A stretch of 64,000 nucleotides of DNA from Trueperaceae bacterium. GTDB taxonomy: Bacteria; Deinococcota; Deinococci; Deinococcales; Trueperaceae. Each line of letters opens with the position of its first letter. Within the stretch, counting starts at the first letter, position 1. The DNA lies in the NCBI GenBank assembly GCA_034520945.1, contig JAXHNB010000005.1, positions 640,001 through 704,000 on the forward strand, in the 5' to 3' direction. Under the pieces are notes generated by a model. The model worked only from the letters and a program-made list of their open reading frames with translations, was not told the origin of the DNA and did no database searches. The translations under genes and the position numbers were made by a program. Of the stretch, positions 1-9,000 are shown in pieces.

Positions 1-505
1 CTACCCCGACGGCTTCGAGACCGAGTTGTGGTACATGCCGGTGAGCCGGCCGTACTACCCCGCGCCGCAGCCGATCGCCGAGACGATGGCCTCCTACCTG
101 GCCGACGTCGGCATCGACGCGCAGCCGATGACGGAGGACTGGACGACCTACCTGGCGGACTACAAAGAGGGAGAGTTCCCGATGTACATGCTGGGTTGGA
201 ACGCCGACTACGCCGACCCGGACAACTTCCTGATGACCTTCTTCGGGCCGGCCGGCACGCAGGACCAGCTGGCGTGGAACGCGCCCGACGTCGTCGAGAT
301 GCTGCAGTCGGCGCGGCAGACCGCCGATCACGAGGAGCGCGCGGACCTTTACGCCAGCGTGGTGAACCGCGTGGCGGAAGACGCCGCCTCGATCCCGATG
401 GCGCACAACCGCTCGCTCAGTGCGCACCGTGACACCATCGACGGTTGGGTGCCGAGCCCGCTCGGCTACTCCTCCGTCTCGCTCCACTCCGTCACCAAGG
501 AGTGA
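1..505 (+). CDS. Peptide/dipeptide ABC transporter substrate-binding protein (family 5), 5'-truncated by window edge
   Basis: C-terminal SBP_bac_5 motifs (MLGWNADYADPDNFL, ERADLY); followed by DppB/DppC-type permeases. Confidence 0.9.
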   Translation, partial: YPDGFETELWYMPVSRPYYPAPQPIAETMASYLADVGIDAQPMTEDWTTYLADYKEGEFPMYMLGWNADYADPDNFLMTFFGPAGTQDQLAWNAPDVVEMLQSARQTADHEERADLYASVVNRVAEDAASIPMAHNRSLSAHRDTIDGWVPSPLGYSSVSLHSVTKE

Positions 506-511
506 AGGCTT

Positions 512-537
512 GGGAGGCGCGCTTCGGCGCGCCTCCC
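512..537 (+). terminator. Intercistronic stem-loop after SBP gene (partial terminator or mRNA stabiliser)
   Basis: Perfect 11-bp stem GGGAGGCGCGC-TTCG-GCGCGCCTCCC; weak U-tract. Confidence 0.7.
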
Positions 538-641
538 TATCTGACGCACGCGTCGGACGTTCCGGGTTCGTTCGGCCTCTATTTGCGCGACCTGACACGC
601 CGCCCCGTCCGTCCGGGGGTGGCCCCACCGGGAGGACGTAC

Positions 642-1694
642 GTGACGGCCTATTTTTTCCGCCGCCTGTTCGGGCTGATCCCCGTGCTGTTCGGCGTATC
701 GCTGCTCCTGTTCGCGATCACCCGCTTCATTCCCGGCGACCCGGCCGTGGCCCTCCTCGGGCAACGCGCCAGCCCGGAGGCCCTGCAGCAACTCCGGCAG
801 GACCTCGGGCTGAACCAGCCGATGTTGTTCAACCTCGAGCGGGCACGCGAGGAGGGCATCGGCGGGTTGTTCGATTCGCAGTACTTCTTGTACATGGGCC
901 GGCTTCTGCAAGGGGATCTGGGACGCTCGGTGTTCAGCCGCATCCCCGTCGCGCAGAGCCTCTCCGTACGGTTTCCCGCCACGATCGAGTTGACGCTGTT
1001 CGCGATGGGGTTCGCGATCCTGGTGGGCGTGCCGGCCGGGGTGTGGGCAGCGTTGCACCGCGGCAAGGTGCAGGACACCATCGTGATGACCATCGCGCTG
1101 TCCGGCGTGTCGTTCCCGGTGTTCTGGTTGGCGATCATCCTGATCTACCTGTTCGCCGTGGTGCTGGGCTGGTTGCCGCCCTCGGGGCGATTATCGGTCG
1201 GAACCGATTTGGATCCCGTGACCGGCTTGTACGTGCTGGACTCGATCTTGCGCGGCAACTGGCCTGCGCTGCGTGACGCGGCGCGCCACCTGCTGTTGCC
1301 CGCCGTGGCGCTGGGGACGATTCCGCTGGCGATCACGGTGCGCATGACCCGATCCTCCATGCTGGAGGTGCTCAGCCAGGACTACGTCCGTACCGCCCGC
1401 AGCAAGGGCGTCGCCGAACGCTCCGTCGTGAACAAGCACGCGCTCCGCAACGCGCTGCTGCCGGTCGTGACGGTGATCGGGCTGTCGTTCGGCACGCTGC
1501 TCTCGGGCGCCATCCTGACCGAGACGGTGTTCAGCTGGCCCGGCATCGGCCGCTGGGTGTACGACGCCATCTCGGCGCGGGATTACCCGATCATTCAGGG
1601 CGGGATCCTGTTCATCGCCTTCGTCTTCGTCATCGTGAACCTGTTGGTCGATCTGTCGTACGCCCTGATCGATCCGCGGATCCAGTACAGCTAG
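642..1694 (+). CDS. Peptide ABC transporter permease (DppB/OppB family)
   Basis: GGAGG SD before GTG 642; PGDPA, GDLGRS, EAA loop (DYVRTARSKG), RDYPIIQG, DPRI. Confidence 0.93.
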   Translation: MTAYFFRRLFGLIPVLFGVSLLLFAITRFIPGDPAVALLGQRASPEALQQLRQDLGLNQPMLFNLERAREEGIGGLFDSQYFLYMGRLLQGDLGRSVFSRIPVAQSLSVRFPATIELTLFAMGFAILVGVPAGVWAALHRGKVQDTIVMTIALSGVSFPVFWLAIILIYLFAVVLGWLPPSGRLSVGTDLDPVTGLYVLDSILRGNWPALRDAARHLLLPAVALGTIPLAITVRMTRSSMLEVLSQDYVRTARSKGVAERSVVNKHALRNALLPVVTVIGLSFGTLLSGAILTETVFSWPGIGRWVYDAISARDYPIIQGGILFIAFVFVIVNLLVDLSYALIDPRIQYS

Positions 1695-1702
1695 GGGAAC
1701 GC

Positions 1703-2596
1703 ATGTCGAGCGACAGCGGATACAACGAGGCACAGGCCGCGATGGGGCCCGCCAAGTCGTCCCTGGCGGACGGGCTGCGGCAGTTCTTTCGCCACACCAC
1801 CGGCGTTGCTGGCCTGGCCATCATCACCTTCTTCATCGTGGCGTCCCTGGTCGCGCCCATCCTGGCGCCCTACGACGCCTCGCGCGACCGGGACCTTCGC
1901 GCGCGCCTGTCACCGCCGTCCGCCGAGCACATCTTCGGCACCGACGAGCTGGGGCGCGACCTGTTCGTGCGCGTGTGGCACGGCGGGCGCATCAGCCTGC
2001 GCGTCGGCCTGGCCGCTGTGGCGCTGGCCGTGACCGCGGGGACGCTGCTGGGGTTGCTGGCCGGCTACGTCGGCGGGTGGGTGGACACCCTGGTGGTGTG
2101 GTCGATCGACATCCTGCTGGCGTTCCCCGGCATCCTGTTGGCGATCGCCATCGTGGCCACGCTCGGTCCCAGCCTCACCAATGCGCTCATCGCGATCAGC
2201 ATCACGCAGATCCCCATCTACACGCGCATCGTGCGCTCGGTGGTGTTGTCGCTCCGGGAGTCGGAGTACGTCTCGGCGGCCACGGCGCTCGGATCGGGCG
2301 GGTTCCGCGTGGTGTTCCGCCACATCCTGCCCAACTCGCTGAGCCCCCTGATCGTGCAACTCACGCTGTCCATCGGGGTGGCCATCCTGGACGTGGCGGC
2401 GCTCGGGTTCCTCGGGCTGGGTGCGCAACCGCCCGCGCCGGAGTGGGGCCTGATGATCCGCGACGGCTTCTCGCAGTTCCTGCGTGCGCCCTGGATGTCG
2501 ATCTTCCCCGGCATCGCGATCTTCTTTTCGGTGGTGGGCTTCAACCTGTTGGGCGACGCGGTACGCGACGTGCTGGACCCACGCCTGTCCGAGTAG
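1703..2596 (+). CDS. Peptide ABC transporter permease (DppC/OppC family)
   Basis: HIFGTDELGRDLF, RHILPN, LGFLGLGAQPPAPEWG, GDAVRDVLDPR. Confidence 0.93.
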   Translation: MSSDSGYNEAQAAMGPAKSSLADGLRQFFRHTTGVAGLAIITFFIVASLVAPILAPYDASRDRDLRARLSPPSAEHIFGTDELGRDLFVRVWHGGRISLRVGLAAVALAVTAGTLLGLLAGYVGGWVDTLVVWSIDILLAFPGILLAIAIVATLGPSLTNALIAISITQIPIYTRIVRSVVLSLRESEYVSAATALGSGGFRVVFRHILPNSLSPLIVQLTLSIGVAILDVAALGFLGLGAQPPAPEWGLMIRDGFSQFLRAPWMSIFPGIAIFFSVVGFNLLGDAVRDVLDPRLSE

Positions 2597-2608
2597 GGAC
2601 GGCCGGCC

Positions 2609-3256
2609 TCAGCGATCGCTCCTTGGAGGGCCCGCGCCGTCACGGCGCGGGCCCTCGTCGGGGCCGGGGCCGTCCAGCCGCTCCGCCGCCTCCTCGCCCG
2701 CCCAGCGCACCAGCAGGCGACGCAGGGTGGGCCGCATCCGGTTCACGGCCCACAGGGCCGGGGCGACGAACAGCGCGACCAGAAGCAGCGCCAGGTCGTT
2801 GACCAGCAGCACGTCGCCGAACCAGGACGCCGCCAGCAGCCACGGCAGGCGCGCCACCATGGCGGTAGCCCACAACGCCCGCGTCGACAACGTCGACATG
2901 CCCGACGCCATCACCACCAGGTCGAGGTTGAGGAACAAAAACACCACGAACCACATCAGCAGCGAGCGGATGCCCAGCAGGACCTCCCACTCGTGCCAGG
3001 TGTCCGCCGGCACCAGCCGTTTCACCACCGGCATGCCGATGTTTCGCGCCAGGCCCAAAGCGACGGCTGCCCCCACGCCCATGCCGACCAGACCGTACAC
3101 GACCGCGGGGACGACCCCGAACGCCGAACCGCCCAACGCCGCGACCAGCGGCGTGGGGATGATGGGCAGCAGCGCGGCCAGCACGAACCCGGCCATGTAC
3201 CACAGCGGCGCCAGCCACCCCTGCGCGGTGATGAGCACGCTCAGGCTCTCGACCAT
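2609..3256 (-). CDS. DedA/TVP38 (VTT-domain) membrane protein
   Basis: Hydrophobic; PIIPTPLVAALGGSAFG motif; leaderless TACGCT-7nt-ATG. Confidence 0.7.
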   Translation of the reverse strand: MVESLSVLITAQGWLAPLWYMAGFVLAALLPIIPTPLVAALGGSAFGVVPAVVYGLVGMGVGAAVALGLARNIGMPVVKRLVPADTWHEWEVLLGIRSLLMWFVVFLFLNLDLVVMASGMSTLSTRALWATAMVARLPWLLAASWFGDVLLVNDLALLLVALFVAPALWAVNRMRPTLRRLLVRWAGEEAAERLDGPGPDEGPRRDGAGPPRSDR

Positions 3257-3348
3257 GCGGCCAAGCGTACCCCCCAGGGGTGACGCACGCGCGTGACCGC
3301 CCGGCGCTCGTCGAACCCGTGTGCGCACCCGCGGGTATGCTGGCCGCC

Positions 3349-4314
3349 ATGGACGCCCCCCTGTTCCTGGTGCCCGAGTTGGTGCGGCGCTTGTGGGGCG
3401 GCGACACGCTGCCGGCGCTGCTGGGCGTGACGCCGCCGCCCGGGGACGAGCCGGTCGCCGAAGCGTGGTTGGCGTACGCCGGCAGCGTGGTGGCAGGCGG
3501 GCCGCACGCCGGCGACACGTTGCAGGCGCTGGCCGAGGCGCATGGCGCGCAGCTGTTGGGCGCCGCCGCGGTGGCGCGCAGCGGGGCGCGGGTGCCGTTG
3601 CTGGCCAAGCTGCTGGACGCCGGGCTGGAACTGTCGGTGCAGGTTCACCCGGGCGACGCGTACGCGCTACGGCACCACCGTGAGAGCGGCCATGTCGGCA
3701 AGACCGAGTCATGGCTGGTGCTGCACGCCGAGCCGGACGCGGAGATCGTGTGGGGCCTGGCGCGTCCCGCCGGCGTGGAGGAGGTGCGCGCCGCGATTCG
3801 CGACGGCACGCTCGACGAGCTGCTGCGCCGGGTGCCGGTCCGCCCCGGCGACGCGGTGCACAATCCCGCCGGCACCGTGCACGCCGTCGGGGCGGGGTCG
3901 ATGATCTACGAGCTGCAGCAGGCCTCGGACCTCACCTACCGGTTGTGGGATCACGGCCGGGTGGGCGCCGACGGCCGCCCGCGCGAGCTGCACCTGGCGC
4001 ACGGCCTGGCGGTGGCGGACCTGTCCGCCGGCGGCTCGCCTCACCCCTCGCCCGCGTACCGGCCGGACGGCTGGATCACGCGTGCGACCTGCCCGTACTA
4101 CCGGCTGGACGAAACGCATGTGCGCAGCCGCTTGGCGGCCGAAACCGACGGCGAGGCGATGCACGTCCTCACGGTGCTGGACGGCACACCGGTGCTGGCG
4201 TGGAGCGGCGGGCGGGCGACGCTGTCCGCCGGACGGACCGCGGTGCTGCCGGCGGCGTTGGGCGCGTACGCCCTCGAAGGCAGCGGACACGTCGTGCGGG
4301 GGGTACCGCGGTAG
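3349..4314 (+). CDS. manA: Mannose-6-phosphate isomerase, class I (cupin)
   Basis: PLLAKLLDA, LSVQVHP, GKTESW, PAGTVHA, ELQQASDLTYRLWD. Confidence 0.88.
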   Translation: MDAPLFLVPELVRRLWGGDTLPALLGVTPPPGDEPVAEAWLAYAGSVVAGGPHAGDTLQALAEAHGAQLLGAAAVARSGARVPLLAKLLDAGLELSVQVHPGDAYALRHHRESGHVGKTESWLVLHAEPDAEIVWGLARPAGVEEVRAAIRDGTLDELLRRVPVRPGDAVHNPAGTVHAVGAGSMIYELQQASDLTYRLWDHGRVGADGRPRELHLAHGLAVADLSAGGSPHPSPAYRPDGWITRATCPYYRLDETHVRSRLAAETDGEAMHVLTVLDGTPVLAWSGGRATLSAGRTAVLPAALGAYALEGSGHVVRGVPR

Positions 4315-4324
4315 CCTGGGCGGC

Positions 4325-6142
4325 GTGACGCGTCAGGAACGACCCCCCAACGCCGAGCCGGGCGCCGAGGCGGGCACGGGCGGCGCGCGCCCCGAGGTGG
4401 CGTTGGCGGCGCTGTGGCGGCTGATGCGGCCGTACCGCCGGCGCTTGGCGGGGTTGGCGCTGCTGATCGCCGTGTCCTCCGGCGTGACGCAATTGGCGCC
4501 GCAGTTCGTGCGGTACGTGTTCGACGTGGTGATCCCGCGCGGCGAAGCGCGGCTGTTCCTGCTGACCGGCGCGGCGATGGCGGTGTTCTACGTCGTTTCG
4601 GAGGGGCTGAAGTACGCCGGCATGCTGCTCAGCTTCGCGTTCACGCAACGCATCGTGAACGAGACCCGCCGCGCGGCGTACGGGCGCCTGTTGGCGCTGC
4701 CGTTGTCGCGCTTCACGCGGGAGCGGTCCGGCAGCCTGGTGTCGCGGGTGGTGAACGACGTCAACGCGCTCGAGGCCATGATCCAGGCCGGCGCCAGCCG
4801 CATCATCGGGCACGCCTTCTCGATCCTGGTGGTGCTGGTGATCTTGTTCGTGATGGACTGGCGCCTGGCGCTGGTGTCGGTGGTCATCGTGGCGCTGATG
4901 GGCTACTTCACGGTGCGGTTCCAGGAGCCGCTGCGCCGCCTGGCGCGGCGGATCCGCGGCCGGGTGGGCGAGATGAGCGCTGTCGCCAGCGAGGCGGTGC
5001 AGAACGTGGCGGTCGTGAAGTCGTTCGGTGCCGAGGCGCCCGAGTTCGAACGGTTCCGGGTCGAGTCCGACGCCTACCGGGACCTGAACCTGGCACGCCG
5101 CCGCGAGGTGGGCCTGATGCAGGGCGCGATCGGCCTCAGCAGCGAACTGGGCGTGGCGGCGATGGTGCTGGCCGGCGGCTGGCTGATCGTGCAGAGCGCC
5201 GACGGGTCGGGCGGCCTGACGCTGGGGACGCTGACGGCGTTCGTGCTGTACCTGAACAACCTGATCAACCCCGTGCGCTTCCTGCTGAACTTCAACAACC
5301 AGTTGCAGGCCGGCGTGGCGGCGCTGGAACGGATCGACGCGCTGCTGGCGGAGACGCCGGAACCGTACACGCGCGGGGAGGCGTTCACGCCCGGCGACGT
5401 GACGTTTCGCGGCGTGACGTTCCGCTACCCAGGCACCGAGCAGGCGGCGCTACAGGGGCTGGACCTGCACGTGCAGCGCGGCAGCACCGCGGCGTTGGTG
5501 GGGCCGTCCGGGGCGGGGAAGAGCACCGTGACGCGGCTGCTGTCGCGCCTGTACGAGCCGCAGGACGGCCAGATCCTGGTGGGGGACCGCCCGCTCCAGG
5601 ACACGTCGCTGGCGTCGGTGCGGCGGGCGGTGGCGGTGGTGCCGCAGGAACCGACTTTGTTTTCCGGCACGGTGGCCGAGAACGTCCGGTACGGGCGGCC
5701 GGAGGCGACGCGGGCGGAGATCGAGGACGCCACGCGGCTGGCCAACGCCGAGGCGTTCGTGCGCGGCCTGCCCCGCGGGTTCGACACCGAGATCGGCGAG
5801 CGGGGCGTCAAGCTTTCGGGTGGGCAGAAGCAGCGCATCGCGATCGCCCGGGCGTTGCTGAAGGGCGCCGAGATCCTGGTGCTGGACGAGGCGACCAGCA
5901 GCCTGGACAGCGAGTCGGAGGCGTTGATTCAGGACGCCTTGGACGGCGTGCTGGGCCGACGCGAGGCGCTCACCACCCTGGTGATCGCGCATCGCCTGTC
6001 GACGGTGCAGCACGCCGACCGCATCCACGTGCTGGAGGGCGGTCGGATGGTCGAGGCGGGGACCCACCACGAGCTGTTGGCACGGGGCGGGCTGTACGCG
6101 CACCTGCACGCGCTGCAGGCCGGCCAGAAGGAGGTGGCGTGA
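4325..6142 (+). CDS. ABC exporter, fused TMD + ATPase (MsbA/Sav1866-like)
   Basis: TM helices then GPSGAGKS, LSGGQKQR, ILVLDEATSSLD, IAHRLST. Confidence 0.92.
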   Translation: MTRQERPPNAEPGAEAGTGGARPEVALAALWRLMRPYRRRLAGLALLIAVSSGVTQLAPQFVRYVFDVVIPRGEARLFLLTGAAMAVFYVVSEGLKYAGMLLSFAFTQRIVNETRRAAYGRLLALPLSRFTRERSGSLVSRVVNDVNALEAMIQAGASRIIGHAFSILVVLVILFVMDWRLALVSVVIVALMGYFTVRFQEPLRRLARRIRGRVGEMSAVASEAVQNVAVVKSFGAEAPEFERFRVESDAYRDLNLARRREVGLMQGAIGLSSELGVAAMVLAGGWLIVQSADGSGGLTLGTLTAFVLYLNNLINPVRFLLNFNNQLQAGVAALERIDALLAETPEPYTRGEAFTPGDVTFRGVTFRYPGTEQAALQGLDLHVQRGSTAALVGPSGAGKSTVTRLLSRLYEPQDGQILVGDRPLQDTSLASVRRAVAVVPQEPTLFSGTVAENVRYGRPEATRAEIEDATRLANAEAFVRGLPRGFDTEIGERGVKLSGGQKQRIAIARALLKGAEILVLDEATSSLDSESEALIQDALDGVLGRREALTTLVIAHRLSTVQHADRIHVLEGGRMVEAGTHHELLARGGLYAHLHALQAGQKEVA

Positions 6143-6957
6143 GCAGGCGCCGCCGGACCGGCACGTCGTCGCGGCGGCGCGCGTCTCGCGCCAAGGGCCG
6201 CCCCGCTTGGCGCACGCCGCTGCGGACGGCGGCCCTGGTGGCGTTGGCGTTCGGGGCGGGGTGGTTGACCCACGTGGCGTGGCCGGCGCCGTTGCGCCCC
6301 TCGGCGGACGCGGCGGTGGAGGGGGTGGCGCCGGTCTCGGTCCGGATCGACCGCTTCGACCAGGCGGGCGGCGGGATCGAGGTGGCGCCGGCGGATGGGG
6401 GCGCGGACACGCTGTTGGTCGTGTACACCGGCGCGCGGGTGCGGCCGCACGCCTACACCTGGATCGGGGCGGCCCTGGCGCCGGTGGGGGTGCGTACGCT
6501 GATCCCGACCTTTCCGTTGGACCTGGCGGTGTTGGACCGGGACCGAGCGGCGACGCTGGTGCGGCGCATGGGGCAGGACGAAGCGCGCGTGATGCTGGCG
6601 GGGCACTCGCTGGGGGGTGCCATGGCGGCGGCGCACCTGGAGGCCGCGCCGGACACGGCCGACGCGCTGGTGTTGATGGGCGCCTATCCCGGCCGGGGCG
6701 TGGACCTGTCGACGCGGGACCTGCCGGTGCTGGCGCTGGCGGCCGAGCGGGACGGGCTGGCGACGCTGCAGGAGGTGCAAGGCGGCATGGCGCGGCTGCC
6801 GGATCGCGCCGGCATCGAGGTCATCGACGGTGCGGTGCACGCCTTCTTCGGCCGGTACGGCATGCAGCGGGGGGACGGTACCCCCACCGTGCCGCGGGCG
6901 GTGGCGGAGGCCGAGATCGCCGGCGCGCTGGAGGCCTTCGTCGGCGGGATGCGCTGA
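6139..6957 (+). CDS. Membrane-anchored alpha/beta hydrolase
   Basis: GTGA overlap with ABC gene; N-terminal TM; GHSLGG nucleophile elbow, DG, HAFFG. Confidence 0.8.
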   Translation: MSRRRRTGTSSRRRASRAKGRPAWRTPLRTAALVALAFGAGWLTHVAWPAPLRPSADAAVEGVAPVSVRIDRFDQAGGGIEVAPADGGADTLLVVYTGARVRPHAYTWIGAALAPVGVRTLIPTFPLDLAVLDRDRAATLVRRMGQDEARVMLAGHSLGGAMAAAHLEAAPDTADALVLMGAYPGRGVDLSTRDLPVLALAAERDGLATLQEVQGGMARLPDRAGIEVIDGAVHAFFGRYGMQRGDGTPTVPRAVAEAEIAGALEAFVGGMR

Positions 6958-6987
6958 GCGCCGCCCGCGGCACGCGGTGGCGCGGCG

Positions 6988-7641
6988 TCAGCCGTCCGGC
7001 AGGTACTTGGCCCAGATCGGGTCCACCTGCTGGATCAGGCCGTAGGCGCTGCTGAACACGAAGCGGGGCGCGGCCGGGCGCCTCGCCAGCGTCATGCCGG
7101 CCTCTTCGGGGGTGCGGTCGCGCTTGCGGGCGTTGCAGCCGCGGCAACAGGCCACCACGTTCTCCCAGGCGGTGGCCCCTCCGCGGCTGCGGGGCACCAC
7201 GTGGTCCAGGGTGAGGTCGCTGGCGTGGCGGCCGCAGTACTGGCAGCGGTGGTCGTCGCGGCGGAACAGGTTGCGGCGGTTGAACGCCACCTTCTGGTGG
7301 TGGGGCCGTCGCACGTAGCGGCGCAGCCGCACCACGCTCGGCACCGGCACGGCGCGGCTGGGGGTGCGCAGGACCGACGAGGCGTCCTCCACCCGCGTGG
7401 CCACCTCCATCATCAGCAGCTGCACCGCGCGCTTGACGGAACAGACGTGCAACGGTTCGAAGCTGGCGTTCAGGATCAGGACCCGGGCCGAGGTGGGGTC
7501 GGTGAGGGGCTCGAGGCCCAACAGGTCCGCCAGTTCGGCCTCCTCGTTGACGCCGTCCTGGCTTGGTTCTGCCTGGCTCGGATCGGCCGGGGTCGGGCCG
7601 GGTCCAGGGTCGTCCTTGCGCGTGTCCGGGGCCGCGCCCAC
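6988..7641 (-). CDS. Stand-alone HNH endonuclease (McrA-like); start uncertain
   Basis: VLILNASFEPL, RRDDHRCQYCG, TLDHVVPRSRGG, WENVVACCRGCN. Confidence 0.88.
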   Translation of the reverse strand: MGAAPDTRKDDPGPGPTPADPSQAEPSQDGVNEEAELADLLGLEPLTDPTSARVLILNASFEPLHVCSVKRAVQLLMMEVATRVEDASSVLRTPSRAVPVPSVVRLRRYVRRPHHQKVAFNRRNLFRRDDHRCQYCGRHASDLTLDHVVPRSRGGATAWENVVACCRGCNARKRDRTPEEAGMTLARRPAAPRFVFSSAYGLIQQVDPIWAKYLPDG

Positions 7642-7699
7642 CTCCTTTCGCCAGCGTTCGGCCCTTAGCGTACCGAACCGGTCGGACGGGCGGAAGGCC

Positions 7700-8767
7700 T
7701 CAGGCGTCCACGGTGCGCGCGGAGGCCGCGGCGTGCCGCGCGCGGGCCAGCGCGATCAGCTGCACGATCAGGTCCGGGTAGGACAGGCCGGCGGCCTGGA
7801 ACAGCTTGGGGTACATCGAGTGGCGCGTGAAGCCGGGCATGGTGTTGATTTCGTTGACGAGCACCTCGCCGTCGGGGCGGAGGAAGAAGTCGACCCGCGC
7901 CAACCCTGCGGCGCCGACCAACCTGAACGCCTGCACTGCCCATGCCTGCACGGCGTTGGCGGTGGCGGGGTCCAGCGGGGCGGGCACCCGCAGCTCCGTC
8001 GCGCCGTCCTGGTACTTGTGCGCGTAGTCGTAGAAGGCGCCCTTGGGCACGCGGATCTCGCCGGGCGGGCTGGCCTGGGGCGCCTCGTTGCCGAGCACGG
8101 CCACCTCCAACTCCCGGCCGTCCGTAACGCCGGCCTCGACGATGGCGCGGTCGTCCCAGCGGAACGCCTCGTGCAACGCGTCCGCCTGTCCGGCGGTGTC
8201 GTCGGCTCGGCCGATGCCGACCGAGGAGCCCAGGGCGGCGGGCTTGACGAAGCGTGGCCAGGGGAGGTGCGCCAGGGCGGGGCTGGCGGCGTCCGGGTCG
8301 TCGCGCCAGTCTGCGCGGTGGACCTCCGCCCAGGCGACCTGCGGCACGCCGGCGCTGGCGAAGATGCGCTTCATGGTGGGTTTGTCCATGCCGGCGGCGC
8401 TGCCCAGCACGCCGGAGCCGACGAAGGGGACGTCCAGGACGCTCAGGAGTCCCTGGATGGTGCCGTCCTCGCCGTTGGGGCCGTGGAGGAGGGGGAAGAC
8501 GACGTCCACCTCGCCGTCCGCCAGTGACGCCAGGCCGCGGACCGGGTCGGGGGCGGCGTCGGGATCGGGCGCGTCGCTGCGTCCGGCCTGCAGGGCGTGG
8601 CGGCTGGCCGCTTCGCTCAGCAGGCGCCCGTCGCGGGCGATGACGCGGGGGAGGAGGTCGAGGCGGTCCTCCGCCGCGGCCAGCACGCTGGCGGCGGAGG
8701 CGAGGGACACCTCGTGCTCGCCGGAGCGGCCGCCGCACAACAGCAGGACCCGGCCGCCTGCGCTCAT
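7700..8767 (-). CDS. ddl: D-alanine--D-alanine ligase
   Basis: GGRSGEHEVS, LHGPNGEDGTIQG, GSSVG, FYDYAHKY, NEINTMPGFT. Confidence 0.96.
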   Translation of the reverse strand: MSAGGRVLLLCGGRSGEHEVSLASAASVLAAAEDRLDLLPRVIARDGRLLSEAASRHALQAGRSDAPDPDAAPDPVRGLASLADGEVDVVFPLLHGPNGEDGTIQGLLSVLDVPFVGSGVLGSAAGMDKPTMKRIFASAGVPQVAWAEVHRADWRDDPDAASPALAHLPWPRFVKPAALGSSVGIGRADDTAGQADALHEAFRWDDRAIVEAGVTDGRELEVAVLGNEAPQASPPGEIRVPKGAFYDYAHKYQDGATELRVPAPLDPATANAVQAWAVQAFRLVGAAGLARVDFFLRPDGEVLVNEINTMPGFTRHSMYPKLFQAAGLSYPDLIVQLIALARARHAAASARTVDA

Positions 8768-8823
8768 CGCCGCGCGCGTCCCACGGCCCACCAGCGCGTG
8801 CGTACGGTGTGTAGGCTACACAT
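8764..8823 (-). CDS. Putative leaderless uORF, MCSLHTVRTRWWAVGRARR (19 aa), coupled to ddl
   Basis: ATG 8 nt after TAGCAT -10; its TGA overlaps the ddl ATG (ATGA). Confidence 0.4.
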   Translation of the reverse strand: MCSLHTVRTRWWAVGRARR

Positions 8824-8831
8824 GATGCGTC

Positions 8832-8860
8832 ATGCTACGCCGGGGCCCGACCGGCGTCAA
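8832..8860 (-). promoter_or_regulatory. Sigma70-type promoter for ddl
   Basis: TTGACG-17nt-TAGCAT on minus strand. Confidence 0.7.
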
Positions 8861-9000
8861 GCGCACGCATGCTAGCGTGGCGCTGTCTGCACGATAGAGA
8901 ACGCTCGAGGCCGCCTCGTCGTCGTACGCTCAAGCCGTCCGTCTTGCGGCAGCTACGCGGCTGCTCGCTCGCCCCCCGCCCCCGAATTCGAGGAGGACCC

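Noticed and set aside
6988..7641. HNH nuclease as a defence, Cas or homing system
   Set aside because: Common stand-alone HNH type; no methylase, repeat array, intron or mobile context nearby.
7700..8767. Van-type D-Ala-D-Lac ligase
   Set aside because: The omega loop has Tyr (YDYAHKY), typical of D-Ala-D-Ala ligases; no van genes nearby.
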